Source: Emiliania huxleyi CCMP1516 (taxonomy: Eukaryota). From it: a stretch of 64,000 nt of DNA. The DNA lies in assembly GCF_000372725.1 (NCBI RefSeq), contig NW_005202113.1, positions 372,001 to 436,000 on the forward strand, given 5' to 3'. The notes under the pieces were generated by a model that saw only the letters and a program-made list of their open reading frames with translations, ran no database searches and had not been told where the DNA came from. Numbering within the stretch: position 1 is the first letter of the stretch; each line of letters opens with the position of its first letter. Made by a program: the position numbers and the translations under genes. Shown piece by piece: positions 32,950 to 43,643 of this stretch.

Positions 32950-33831
32950 ATGCGGCACGCTCTTCGCTGGTGGAAGAGGCCGCGCCTCGCGCTACTCAAC
33001 CCGGTCGTCCCGACCTCGGCCTACAGCCTGAGCGTAGCTAAGATGCTGCGTGAGCTCTGCGACGCGATTGATTGTCGCGTCGCCATCCACGAGGTTGACG
33101 TGGCGTCGTCGCCCTTTGACTCTGCCCTCATCGAGCACTTTGACGGCTTCATCATCCCGGGTTCGGTGGCGTCCGCCTACGACAAGGCGACTTACCCCTG
33201 GACGTCGCATCTGGAGGCCACCATCCGCCGGCTGCATGCGCGGGGCCGACCGATGCTTGGTATCTGCTACGGCAGCAGCGCTCTGCCGCCGCGTGCTGTC
33301 GACCGGTCGTGAGATGGACGCGTGGGTTTTGATGAGATAGGGCATCAGATCATCTCGCAAGCGCTGGGCGGCCGCGTCGAGCACAACTCCGCTGGCCTGC
33401 AAGCGGCCCGCTGCGAGTTTGATGTGACGGCGCTCGGCGCTTCCCTCGGCTTGGGCAACGGTACGGCGGCGCTGCAATACCACCACAATGATTGTGTCAC
33501 ACGGCTTCCTCCGTGCGCCGCGAACCTCGGCTGCAGCGCGAGCTGCCCGGCTCACGCCTCGGCACTGTTCGCCTCGCCCACCACCAGCCGAATGGCGGTG
33601 AGTCGCGGCGTTCCCGCCGACCCGCCGATCGGGATTACGCTGCAAGGCCACCCCGAATTCTCCACTCCCACCGGCGCCGCCATCCTCCTCGACATTCTGC
33701 ACGGCGAGGAGGGCGGCGCCGAGCGCTACGGCGACTCTGCGCGTGATGCGGACGGGCGCACGGCGGCGCAGGCGCACAAGATCACGCGGGCGGTCATGGG
33801 TCTGCTCTGGCCAAAGGCATTTGCCGAGTGA
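32950..33831 (+). CDS. Class I glutamine amidotransferase-like protein (start uncertain)
   Basis: FDGFIIPGS, PMLGICYG|HQIISQALGG (GC-AG intron 33272-33340), HHND and LQGHPEF, giving the Cys-His-Glu triad. Confidence 0.9.
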
Positions 33832-33881
33832 GGAACGAGCGCGCGCGGGCGGCGCACAGGCGGCGGCGGCGGCGGCGGCGG

Positions 33882-35206
33882 GAGGTGGGAGTTGACCATG
33901 CACTCCATCTTGGTCAGCTTGCGGTTCCTGCCGGGGGGGGGGGAGGGGCGCGCGGCTGAGTAGCAGAGCAGCGCTCGGCGCCGAAGCGTTCGGCGGGCGC
34001 GCGAGGGGGCGCGCGGGCGGGCGGGCGAGCGCACTCTTTCTTCGTCATCGCGGTCGCCAGGTCGAAGTCCATGACCTTCTATCCTTTGCCCTTGCCCATG
34101 GTTGCGAGAGTTGGAGCGGTGAGCGAGAGGTGAGGATGTCACAGTCGTCCAAGTGTCTTGACGATTTCTACGGGATTGCGGTTGTTTCGGCCGCCACGTG
34201 TGATGCACATCTCCATGAGCGATGCCGTGAACTCTCTCGCCCTCCGGACTCCGGACTCCGGTTGTACCCCAAAATGCCAAAAAAGCATAGCACCTTCCTC
34301 ATAAGCGTAACTCATTACTCAATACTCATTTCTCGCAACCCGACAAACCCCCTCAAGCAAGAGTTGGAGGAGATAAATAAAAAGAACTCTCTCGGGCAGC
34401 GATTGAGCTAGCGCGAGCCGTGCCCGTGTCGCGTGTGTAGCCTTTTAACATGCCTTTTAAGCTCTCTCTCCCACACGTGATTTGTGTGGCATCTGAGATC
34501 TGTGTTTCGCGTCGATGCACGATGGAGGAAGGAGGCAGCCTGGTCAGGGGCTCAGGGCTCTTGGGAAAGCGGGGGGGGGGGGGGGATGCAAGGAGTCCAC
34601 ACGCAGCAGGGCCGAAAAGACTTGTCGGCGGCCGGCAAACTTGCCACGTTCCCAAGGACGCACGACGCAAGGAAGTCAGCCGATCACAACAAACGCAAGC
34701 GAACCATGGGTGCCTGCAGCTCCAAGTCGACCAGCAACATCGCCGACCCGGTGATGCAGCCGGAGCAGATCAGCGCTCCCGCCGACACCGCCGCCGTCGT
34801 CGCCACGCCCGACGTCGCGCCCGCCGAGACGCCCGCCGCCGACGCGGCGGCTGCACCCTCGACCGTGACGCCCGAGGCGGAGGAGCCCGCTGCAGAGGAG
34901 CCCAAGGAAGAGGCCGCGGCCGAGGACAGCGCAGCCGAGGAGGCGCCTGCCGAGGCGGCCGACGAGGTGCCTCCGCCGACCGAGCCGGTCAAGTCGTCCT
35001 CCATCTTGGGCCAGGTGGTCGACTACCTCTCGGGCCGCAAGTCTGAGCCTGCTGTCGAGGAGACCGAGGCGGTCGAGACGGCGGAGGCCGACGCGCCGGC
35101 GGCGGAGGCGGAGCAGCCGGTCGCACGCGCGCTGACTGGGGCGGTCGATGCGGTCGCCCAGCGCGACGACGCCGAGCAAGAGGAGGCTCGCGTCGAGTGG
35201 CGGGCA
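33882..35206 (+). repeat. Right arm of the inverted duplication (contains a truncated copy of the 79-aa gene)
   Basis: Reverse complement of 30323-31651. The inner breakpoint abuts a (GGC)n tract. Confidence 0.93.
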
Positions 35207-35644
35207 TACGCCCTGGCGGCGGGAGAGGCGGGCCTCGCTCGCGAGATGAGCGTCACGCCAGAGGAGCTTGCTGAGGTCGAGGCACGGCTCGCCTACAGCC
35301 ACGCGGCCGCGGCGGCCGAGGCTGCCGAGGCTGCCGAGGTCGCGGCTCCGGAGCCTGCGGCCGAGGCTGCGCCTGAGGCTGCTCCAGAGGCTGCTCCAGA
35401 GGCGGCGCCCGAGGCGGCGGTCGAGGCGGCGCCCGCGGTCGCTCCCGAGGAGGAGGAGGGGCCACCGACGCTGATCCAGAAGCTGTCCAAGGCCTTCTCG
35501 AGCCTCCTGCCCGCCGCGCCAAAGTGCATGCCCTCCCGCCCCGCGCTTGATGAGGAGCCGGCCGACAGCGACACGCCGGCGCCTGCCGAGCCAGCTGCAG
35601 CGCAGTGGGGCACCAAGCGCATCAGCCAGCAGCACTGGAAGTAG
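34706..35644 (+). CDS. N-myristoylated/palmitoylated Glu-Pro-Ala-rich disordered protein
   Basis: MGACSSKS acylation motif, E/A/P-rich composition and EAAP repeats. Confidence 0.75.
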   Translation: MGACSSKSTSNIADPVMQPEQISAPADTAAVVATPDVAPAETPAADAAAAPSTVTPEAEEPAAEEPKEEAAAEDSAAEEAPAEAADEVPPPTEPVKSSSILGQVVDYLSGRKSEPAVEETEAVETAEADAPAAEAEQPVARALTGAVDAVAQRDDAEQEEARVEWRAYALAAGEAGLAREMSVTPEELAEVEARLAYSHAAAAAEAAEAAEVAAPEPAAEAAPEAAPEAAPEAAPEAAVEAAPAVAPEEEEGPPTLIQKLSKAFSSLLPAAPKCMPSRPALDEEPADSDTPAPAEPAAAQWGTKRISQQHWK

Positions 35645-35837
35645 CTAGAACCGCGCCATTGCGCGGCGCGCGGACTCGAGTATTGACCAGAGCAGTGTAT
35701 CGTGGCTATGTTTTATTCAGTTGTACGGGGGTCTGATGAGTCAAAGATTACGGGGTACATGTCGACGGCTCTCTGCATTCTCTGTCGCCTTTCGACTCTG
35801 GTCTGGCTCGAGGGCCGTGTCTCTCTCGGTGTACGTA

Positions 35838-35853
35838 CTCTCTCCCTCTCCCT

Positions 35854-35947
<94 letters not shown>

Positions 35948-36066
35948 CTCCGCGCTCTCTCCCCCTCCCCCCCCGGTGTACGTGGAACGTGGTTTTAGCT
36001 TAATTGGAGAAAAGGGAGAGGGGTGTGTTCTCTCTCTCTCTCGGTGTACAATACATCGCGCACACC

Positions 36067-36116
<50 letters not shown>
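35838..36116. repeat. (CT)n tract (~35838-35944) and opposed (GA)n tract (~36072-36116)
   Basis: Read directly from the sequence. Confidence 0.95.
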
Positions 36117-36119
<3 letters not shown>

Positions 36120-36522
36120 TCACCGCGACTTAAATGAGCGAGAAAAAGGACCCCTAGAACGGCTTCGCGCCGGCTTGAGAACGAGCGCGGCGCCATTTGC
36201 TGACGACACGAACTGGCGTCGCCACCCACGGTTGCCTACTTCCCTCGAGCACTTCCTGTGTGTGTGTATCTACAGACCACACAGATCACAAATTCTCTCG
36301 TCCTCAGAACCCGAGCCAAACAGGGACACACACATGATGACGCCCGTCCCACAACTCACAGAGAGTCCAGGCGAAACAGACAGGCGTTCTCCCACCCCGC
36401 CCCCTAAGGTACCACCAAACACAACACGCCGAGGAACCCTCGCTCCAGCTCCATGCGACGTAGCACCGTTCTCACTTCCGTTCGACCGTGGGTTGCTCCT
36501 CGTTGTGTGCTGCCAGCGTCAG

Positions 36523-37996
36523 TCAGCTGCGTGACAAGCGCGACGGTCCAGCTGAAGACGCAGTCGATGAAGGCAAAGAAGCCACGCCAAAGAGGTCGCG
36601 CACGTGGCTGGCGAGGCAGGGCGGCTCGGGCACCATGCGCGGCCCCATCGCGGCCGCACCACCGTAGCACGCGTCGAGCCATATCTTGAGCTCGTGCAGA
36701 TGGCCGCCCTTGGCGAGGCGCAGCAGCGTCGCGTCGTGCTCGGCGCGCTTCGCGAGGAAGGCCTGATAGTCGATCTGCGCCGCGCTCAGCTGCTCTTGCG
36801 CGGCGATCGCGCTGGGGCGGGCGTCCTCGAGGCCATCGGCGGTCTGGCAGAGCTCGACGAAGAGGTGCATGCGCGTCGCCACGTCCAGCGGCACGCAGAC
36901 GTGCGTCGGCTGCGACGCCGGGTCGACGCAACGCGGGCAGCAATCGAAGCCGCAGCTCCGGCAGCCCGCATACATGCCCTCGATGGGCTGGAGGCAGAGG
37001 TCGCAGAAGCGGCGCTCGCGCTGGGAGCGTTGGAGCGAGAGCGGCTTCTCGCAACGGCTCATGACCTGCCCATAGACACGACGAGAGTGGTGAAGCAGGG
37101 ATGGTGAGACTTCAAACAGCGGGGGGGCGCCCGGGTTTCGATCCGTGTACCTTGGAGAGGAAGTCTTGCTTCTCGTCGTCCTCTTTGGCCGAGTTGCCGA
37201 GCAACCCGCCCGCAAGCAGCCCAACCAGCGCCGAGTTGTGCATATTCTCGACGGGGCCGAGACGCACGCCGGTGGCGGTGGCGAGGTGCTGGTCGATGAA
37301 GCGGAACAGGGCCGTGTTGGCAGAGCTGGCCGACTCAGCATTGTGGCGGCGCAGCTCGTGGTCTTGGAAGAGCTGTAGGTAGACGTTGGTGAAGCGCCGC
37401 TCGGCGTCGGTGACCATGCTGACGCTGGCTTGTCGGAGGGCCTGCGACTCGTCGGACTGTGGGAGCGCCTTGCGGCAGAAGGCGGCCGCCTCTTTGCACG
37501 CCTGCTTCTCGGTCTCGGAGTGCTCGCGCTTGATGACGCAAGCGCCGTGCTCGGTGGCGCGGGCGTGGAGCTGCGCCAGCGGCAGCAGACCGAGAAAGGC
37601 CGCGCCGCGAAGGGCGTCGATCTGATAATCGGCCGGCGCGACGAGGAGAGCCGAGCACATTGGCGCAGGCAAGGCCAGCCAGGCGCACGCATTCTCCGTG
37701 CAGACGGACTTGTGATCCTTGCTTTCGACCGGCCGTCCTAGGATGTACTTGAGGGCATCCTCTGTGCATTTCAGGCCCTCGCGTTTCTCGATCTGCTTTC
37801 CAAGCGCGGAGCCACGCAGGATTGCCACCTCGGAAACGCATCGAAAGATCACGCTGCGCTTCCCGAGACCGAGCATCATGGTGCAGGTCTCGCGCGGCGT
37901 CAGCGTCTCACAGATGTGGAGCATGACCTCGTGCGGCAAGTCGTGGATGACGACAGACACGGCACGCCGCTGCGAGAGGCGGCGAGCCTGGCTCAT
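36523..37996 (-). CDS. F-box-like + ZZ-type zinc finger protein, probably 2 exons
   Basis: IHDLPHEVMLHICETL is F-box-like and RFCDLCLQPIEGMYAGCRSCGFDCCPRC is ZZ-like. Probable intron at ~37071-37150. Confidence 0.6.
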
Positions 37997-39016
37997 GAGT
38001 GAGGGAGGCACCCCCGACCCGGTCCAGTCCGGTTCTGTCTCCACGCGCGAGTGCGGGCGGCTGTAGACGGCGCTGACCGGGCGCTGACCGGGCGGGGTCC
38101 TCGAGTAAGGGTACCGGCGACGGCATCGATGTTGTCCGCCCGAGCGTGACTCGCCCCTCCACGATTTGCCGTCCACGGCCAAACCGATAACCAGACAATG
38201 AACATCGCACATCGGTCATCGCGCTCGTCACCGGCAAATTGAGAGAGGACGAAACAACGAACGCGACGAGAGACTACGGGGTGTGGAGGGTGAGTTGACC
38301 AGGGGGTTGTGAGCCGGGCCCTCCTGCTCGGCTCCAGCCGGTAAACAAGTCTTGTCATCAACAGAGTAGAAGGATCTGACCTCGGGGCCGATGTGACCAA
38401 GCGCTGGTAGCGTGGTTTGACCTCACACCCATGGTCTCACAGTGTGCCGGCAGTCGCCGAGCAGTGTCGCTCACACAAGCCGCAGCACAAGTGACTGAGG
38501 GCCAGTGAGGGGCGAGCCCATCGCATGTCACAGCTGGTAGCCCAAGGCACGGGACCAAACCCCAAAATGGTTTAAAAAGGGGGATCTGTGATTTCAAAAC
38601 TGTGCAGGGAGTGTGTGAGCAGCAGAGGAGCTGCTCTCCAGGCTTCAGGCGCAAAGAGCTGCATGCCACCGAAGGCGCTGTCGAGGTTCGCCGAGCGCGG
38701 CGCAGGTTGGGGGAAGCCGCCACCGACGAGCGCGTTGGACTTTTCACTCCGGACAGAAAACGCGGCACAGCGGACGGTGCGGGGCGTGCCGCAAACCTTA
38801 GCGCATAGCGCATAGCGGCGAGGCGCGGGACCGGGTCTGTGGCGAAGTGGGTCGCGTCCCACGATTTATCCACTGGGACGAGTCAATTCATTCACTAGAA
38901 TGACTAGAAAGGGCACCCATGGGGGGTGATCGCACGTCAACCCAGCATCCACACCCTTTAATTACTCTACGGCTCAAGAGAACGAGCCGAACTATACGGG
39001 GCTGGCGACCCACTTG

Positions 39017-42000
39017 CTACTCTCCACGCGCACCCAGCTCCAGGCACTCCTCCAGCTGCGACACCTGGTCGAGCAAGCCTGTCCCCACGAGAACTAGGCC
39101 TATTGTAGCGGCCGAATCGCGCGCGGTGGCGAAAAGGTTGGGGCCGGGCTCCGACCCGATCGCCTCGCAGATGCGCTTGAGCCGCAGGGGGAGGGGCGTG
39201 GTCGCCGGTGCCGCTGGCGCCACCGGCGTCAGAGCGCTATTGCGCTCAGGGAGGGGGGAGGCGATCCCAAGGAAAGACCCGCCCCCCTCCGCCGCCTCCC
39301 GCGCCGCCGCCTCCCTCTCCTTCACCGCCGCCTCCTTCGCCGCCCTCCTCACCTCCGCCACCCGGCGCGACTCCACCGCCCTCCTCCTCGCCGCGCCAGC
39401 CACCACCGCCGCCGCCACCGCGGCCCTCGCCGCCCTCCCCGCCGCTCGCCCCTTGGCTGCCGCCACCGCCTCGTCCGCCTCCGCCGCCGCCGCCGCCTCC
39501 GCCTCCGCCGCCGCCGCCGCCCTCGCCGCCTCCTCCGTCGCCAACACCACCGCGGTCGCCACTCTCCGGCTCGGCTGCGCCACCCGCACCGAACCCGCGC
39601 TCCCCGCACCCGCCGCACCCGCCGCACCCGCCGCCGCACCCGCTGTCGCCACCGCTTGGACCTGGCCGTCGGCCGCCGCCGTCGCCCGCGCTCGCGCTTG
39701 GGCGCCCGCCGCCACCTCGGCCTCCGCTTGCGCGATAAGCGCCCGCTGCCTTCTCTCCTCCGTCGCCTGGGCCTCCCGTTCCCTCACGAGCCGCGCCGCT
39801 GCCGCCGCCTCGGCGCGCGCCTGCCTCTCGAGCCTCTCCCGCTTCTCGTCACGTGCGCGCTCGGCCGCCGCCGCCCGCTGCTGTGCGACGAGCTCGGAGA
39901 GGGTGAGCGTCCGAGACGCCTCCTCCGCTGACTCCTCCTCCTCTGACGACGACTCGTCCACAACCTCCGCATTCTCTCGACTGTCTGCCCGCGAGGGCGG
40001 TGGCGCCGGCTCCGACGCCTCCGCGGCGGCGGCGCCCTTCCGCTTCGGCTTCCCAAACCCGTTCCTCTTCTTCTTGTTAGCCTTCTTGGCGGGCGCGGGC
40101 GCCGGCGCCTTGCTGGCCTCCTCCGAGTCAATCAGCTCCGCGGCGAGCCTCTGCCTCCGCTCCGCCTGCGCGCGGCACGGATGACGGGGGTAGGAGTTGT
40201 GTGTGCACTAGCCGACCGGTGCCGACGGTGCCGGTCGGTGGTGTCTGCGCGCCTCTGCAATGTCCTCCGCCGCTGCACGCAGCGCCTCCTCCGCCTCGGC
40301 GCACCGCTCCTTCTCCTTGGTGCGCGCGCTCAGCTTGGCCAACGCGCGGCGGCGCCTCTCCTCGCGGCGGGAGAGCGGCGCGCTCGCCGGCGCGTCACCC
40401 GCGTCCAGCAACGCCTCCTCAACTGTGCGAGGCCGGGCCGGCTCCGTCGGCGGATGCTCTGGCGACCGTGGAGGCGAGGAACCGGCAGCCGTCGGCGGCT
40501 CAGTCGGCGGCTCCTCCTCCTCTGCGCCTACAGAGCCGGAGCCGCCATCGCTGACCTTCGTTCGGGGTGCGCATGCCCGCCGACCACGCCCTCGCCATGG
40601 TAGAAATCGATCACGTCGCCATCCTCCATGTCCACCTGAATAGGGTCCGGCGGGTCATCGCGTGTGGTCCAGCGCCGCAGGCGGAAAGAGGCCAAGGGCG
40701 GGGCGCCGCACCTCGGCCGGCGTTTGGTCGCTGCGGAGGCGCTCGCCATCGAAGACGAAGCGGACCTCGTCCTCGGCCTTGCCTTGGCGCTCGCAGAAGG
40801 CGCGCATGAGCTTAGACAGCGGCGTCGTCTTCTTGCACTGCCGAGCGAGGCGCGGGCATCGGCTCGGGCCAAAGAGACGGTGCAGCTGCCGCAGAGGCAG
40901 GTGCCGCCGCGGCAGCAGAGGGAGAGAGGGGCGGCGGCACTGGGAGCATGCGGGGGGGCGAGGCGGCGCACGCGCCTTGAAGAAGACTTCTGCGCCGTCC
41001 TCCCACGCCCCCTCCCCGTTGCCGACGCCGGTGGTGGAGTGTGCGTCGCCCAGCGCGCGGTTCGCATCCGCCGTCCCGCCGTGCGTCGACGGCTCGCCAA
41101 TGCGCTGCCACCCCGCTGCAGCATCCGGAGGGAGGTAGCGCCTGCGCTCGATCACCTTGAGGTTGATCGAGAGATCTACCTTCGTGTTGATCACGTCGCC
41201 ATCCGCCAAGTCCGCCTGTGACGGGAGGGGCGGGCCGTCGAGGAGAGGCGGCGCGGCGCAGGGGCGTAGCGGCGCCAGCACAGGGGCGCCAGGGTACAGG
41301 GGAGCGCAGGCACTGAGACTGCGCAGGCACTGAGACTGCGGCGGCGGGCGGCTCGCCTCCTCTGGCGTCTGGTCGCGCTGGAGCGGCGTGCCGTTGAAGA
41401 GGAAGCGGACGTCGTCCATGGGCTGGCAATGGCGCGCGCAAAAGGCGCTGAACACCTTGGACAGCGGCGTCGTCCTTTTGCACTGCGGAGGCGCAGAGCG
41501 GTTGGCTCAGTCGGAGAACAGTGCAGCCGAGGCGCGGCGGACGGGAGGGGCGCGGCGGTGGTGCGGGAGGGGAAGGAGCGCGCGAAAGGGTGCGAGGGGC
41601 GAGGGACGGCGAGCGGCGAGGGGCGAGGGGGGTGGCGAGGGGCGAGGGGGTGGTGAGGGGTGAGTGGTGCCTTGTAGAAGATTTCGTTGCCCGCCTCTGT
41701 GACCAGCTTGAGGGTGATCTTCGGGACATCAGCGCGTGCCGCCGGCGCGGGTGCGGCGGGCGCGGCGGGCGCGGCGGGCGCGGCGGGCGCGGCGGGCGCG
41801 GCGGGCGCGGCGGGCGCGGCCGAGCCTGCCACTGATGATGGTGAGGCGCCCGGTGCGGCATCCTGCACGAGTGCCGGAAGTGGCAACATGACGCCCTGCA
41901 GCATCTCCGAAAGTGGCATGCCCGACATCGAGAGGTATGTATCGCACATCTCGTCGCTGTTGAAGGAAGCCTTCACTTTCGAGATCAGACTCTCCGCGGC

Positions 42001-43110
42001 ATCATACAACGTTGCGATACGCCCCGGCTCGATGCCGCGGCATCTATGAACGGCGGCGATTGCATTCGCTACTGCCTGCGGATCGGGCCCATCTTTCGCA
42101 CGGCCCCGTGCCATTAGGGCCGCCACCAGCGCGTTGACCGCCGCAAGACGCGTTGGGTACTCCGCGTCCTCCTCCTCCCCCGCTGCCGCTATCTGCGCCT
42201 CGGCCAGCGCCATCCTGGCCACCATCCACCTTTGGGTTCCTTCCATGAGCCCATCGGGGAGGCTTTCCCCGAACGCCTCCCGATACAAGTCCGCCGCAAG
42301 CTGCCGCGGAGGCAGTCGAAGATTGAGTTGTGAAACACGCTCCTCCGGGTCCGCCGCACCCTCGGCGGCATCGCCGTTGCCGACGCCGGCGGTGGAGTGT
42401 GCGTCGCCCAGCGCGCGGTTCACATCCGCCGTCCCGCCGTGCGTCGACGGTTCGCCAATCCGCGCGGCGCAGCGGGGAGCTGCAGCAGCAGCAGCATCCG
42501 GAGGGAGGTAGGGCCGCAGCTTGAAGATCCGCGCGCGCATGTCCTTGGTGGACGTGTCGTCCACGCCGTATTGCGGCGCGGACGCCTCGCTCTGCAGGCG
42601 AACCGTGACGCGGCCCTCGCTGTAGTCGCCGATGACCCGCGCGATCCGGCCGTTTAGCTCGGCTCGATCGAAGCCGTCGAGAAGGACGAGTCCGTCGCGC
42701 AGTCGGCAGTCGGCAGGGAGGTGGGTGTCCGCGCTCGCTCGGCCGCCGATGACATGGATGATCTGAGCCAGCATAATCTCGGTGGGGTCCCGCGCGCCTT
42801 CCATCGCATTTCGCCAGGCGCTCAGCAGCGCCGGCAGCGCTCGTTGGAGGGCGGCATGCGTGTCGAAGAGGTCGACGCTGTACGCAAAGTACGCCGTGAG
42901 AGCATCGTAGGCCGCTGCGATCGCGCCCACTGAGACGTGCTTCTGCAGCTCGTTGCAGAGTTTGTGCCACGACGGCTCGATGCCGTTTACGATGGCCTCA
43001 GCGACGTATGTGTGGATTGTGTCCTTGCAGCCAGCCTCAACCAGCGCTGGCTCCAGATCCTGCACCGCAGCGGGACTCGCCGGGTAAGGGAAGAGGGAGA
43101 GCCTGGCCAT
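39017..43110 (-). CDS. Mosaic multi-exon protein with two internal SUMO-like domains and coiled-coil C-terminus (exon joins uncertain)
   Basis: ITLKLVTEAGNEIFYK|CKRTTPLSKVFSAFC..RFLFNG..DQTPEE|ADLADGDVI and DGAEVFFK|CKKTTPLSKLMRAFCERQG..VRFVFDGERLRSDQTPAE|VDMEDGDVID, with introns at equivalent positions. Confidence 0.7.
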
Positions 43111-43643
43111 GCTTGGCTGCCCGAGGTTGGGAGGAAAAGAATTTTACAACCACTCCCTCGCACAACACTGGGCACGGGACTGGCGCGCACTGGTACTAAC
43201 ACAGGAAAAGAATGTCGTTGCATGTGGTGTCGGAGAGCTCTCGAGGTCTCGACGGGCAGCCTGACCCCTCCCCACCGATGTGTATTTTTTCTCTGCCCGA
43301 TTGCGCGGTGCCTGCAAAAAAGAATCTGTGCGCTGTTAGCTAGTGAGCTCATACGCCGCCAAGTGCAAAGAAAACGCTGGCGTTCGGTGTAGACGACGGA
43401 TAGAGGTACAGCAGCTAAATCTCGACCCTCTCGCCTCCGATGTCTCATAGTACATAGACTCAGGCGAGCGTCGACGTACACTCTGAATTTCTCGCGATGT
43501 CTCGAGACACAGCTCGCACGACGCCTCGCAATATCGTCCAATCCGCAAGCTCGGCTTGGGACATTCGACAGCGAGTCCCACAAGGCGCCACTCACAAGGC
43601 GCCACTCACTCGCGCCCCCGCTGGGTAAGCACCTGCGGCGCGC

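Noticed and set aside
43579..43608. CACAAGGCGCCACT tandem pair sharing 13 nt with the 182-bp repeat
   Set aside because: Too short in GC-rich DNA to distinguish from chance.
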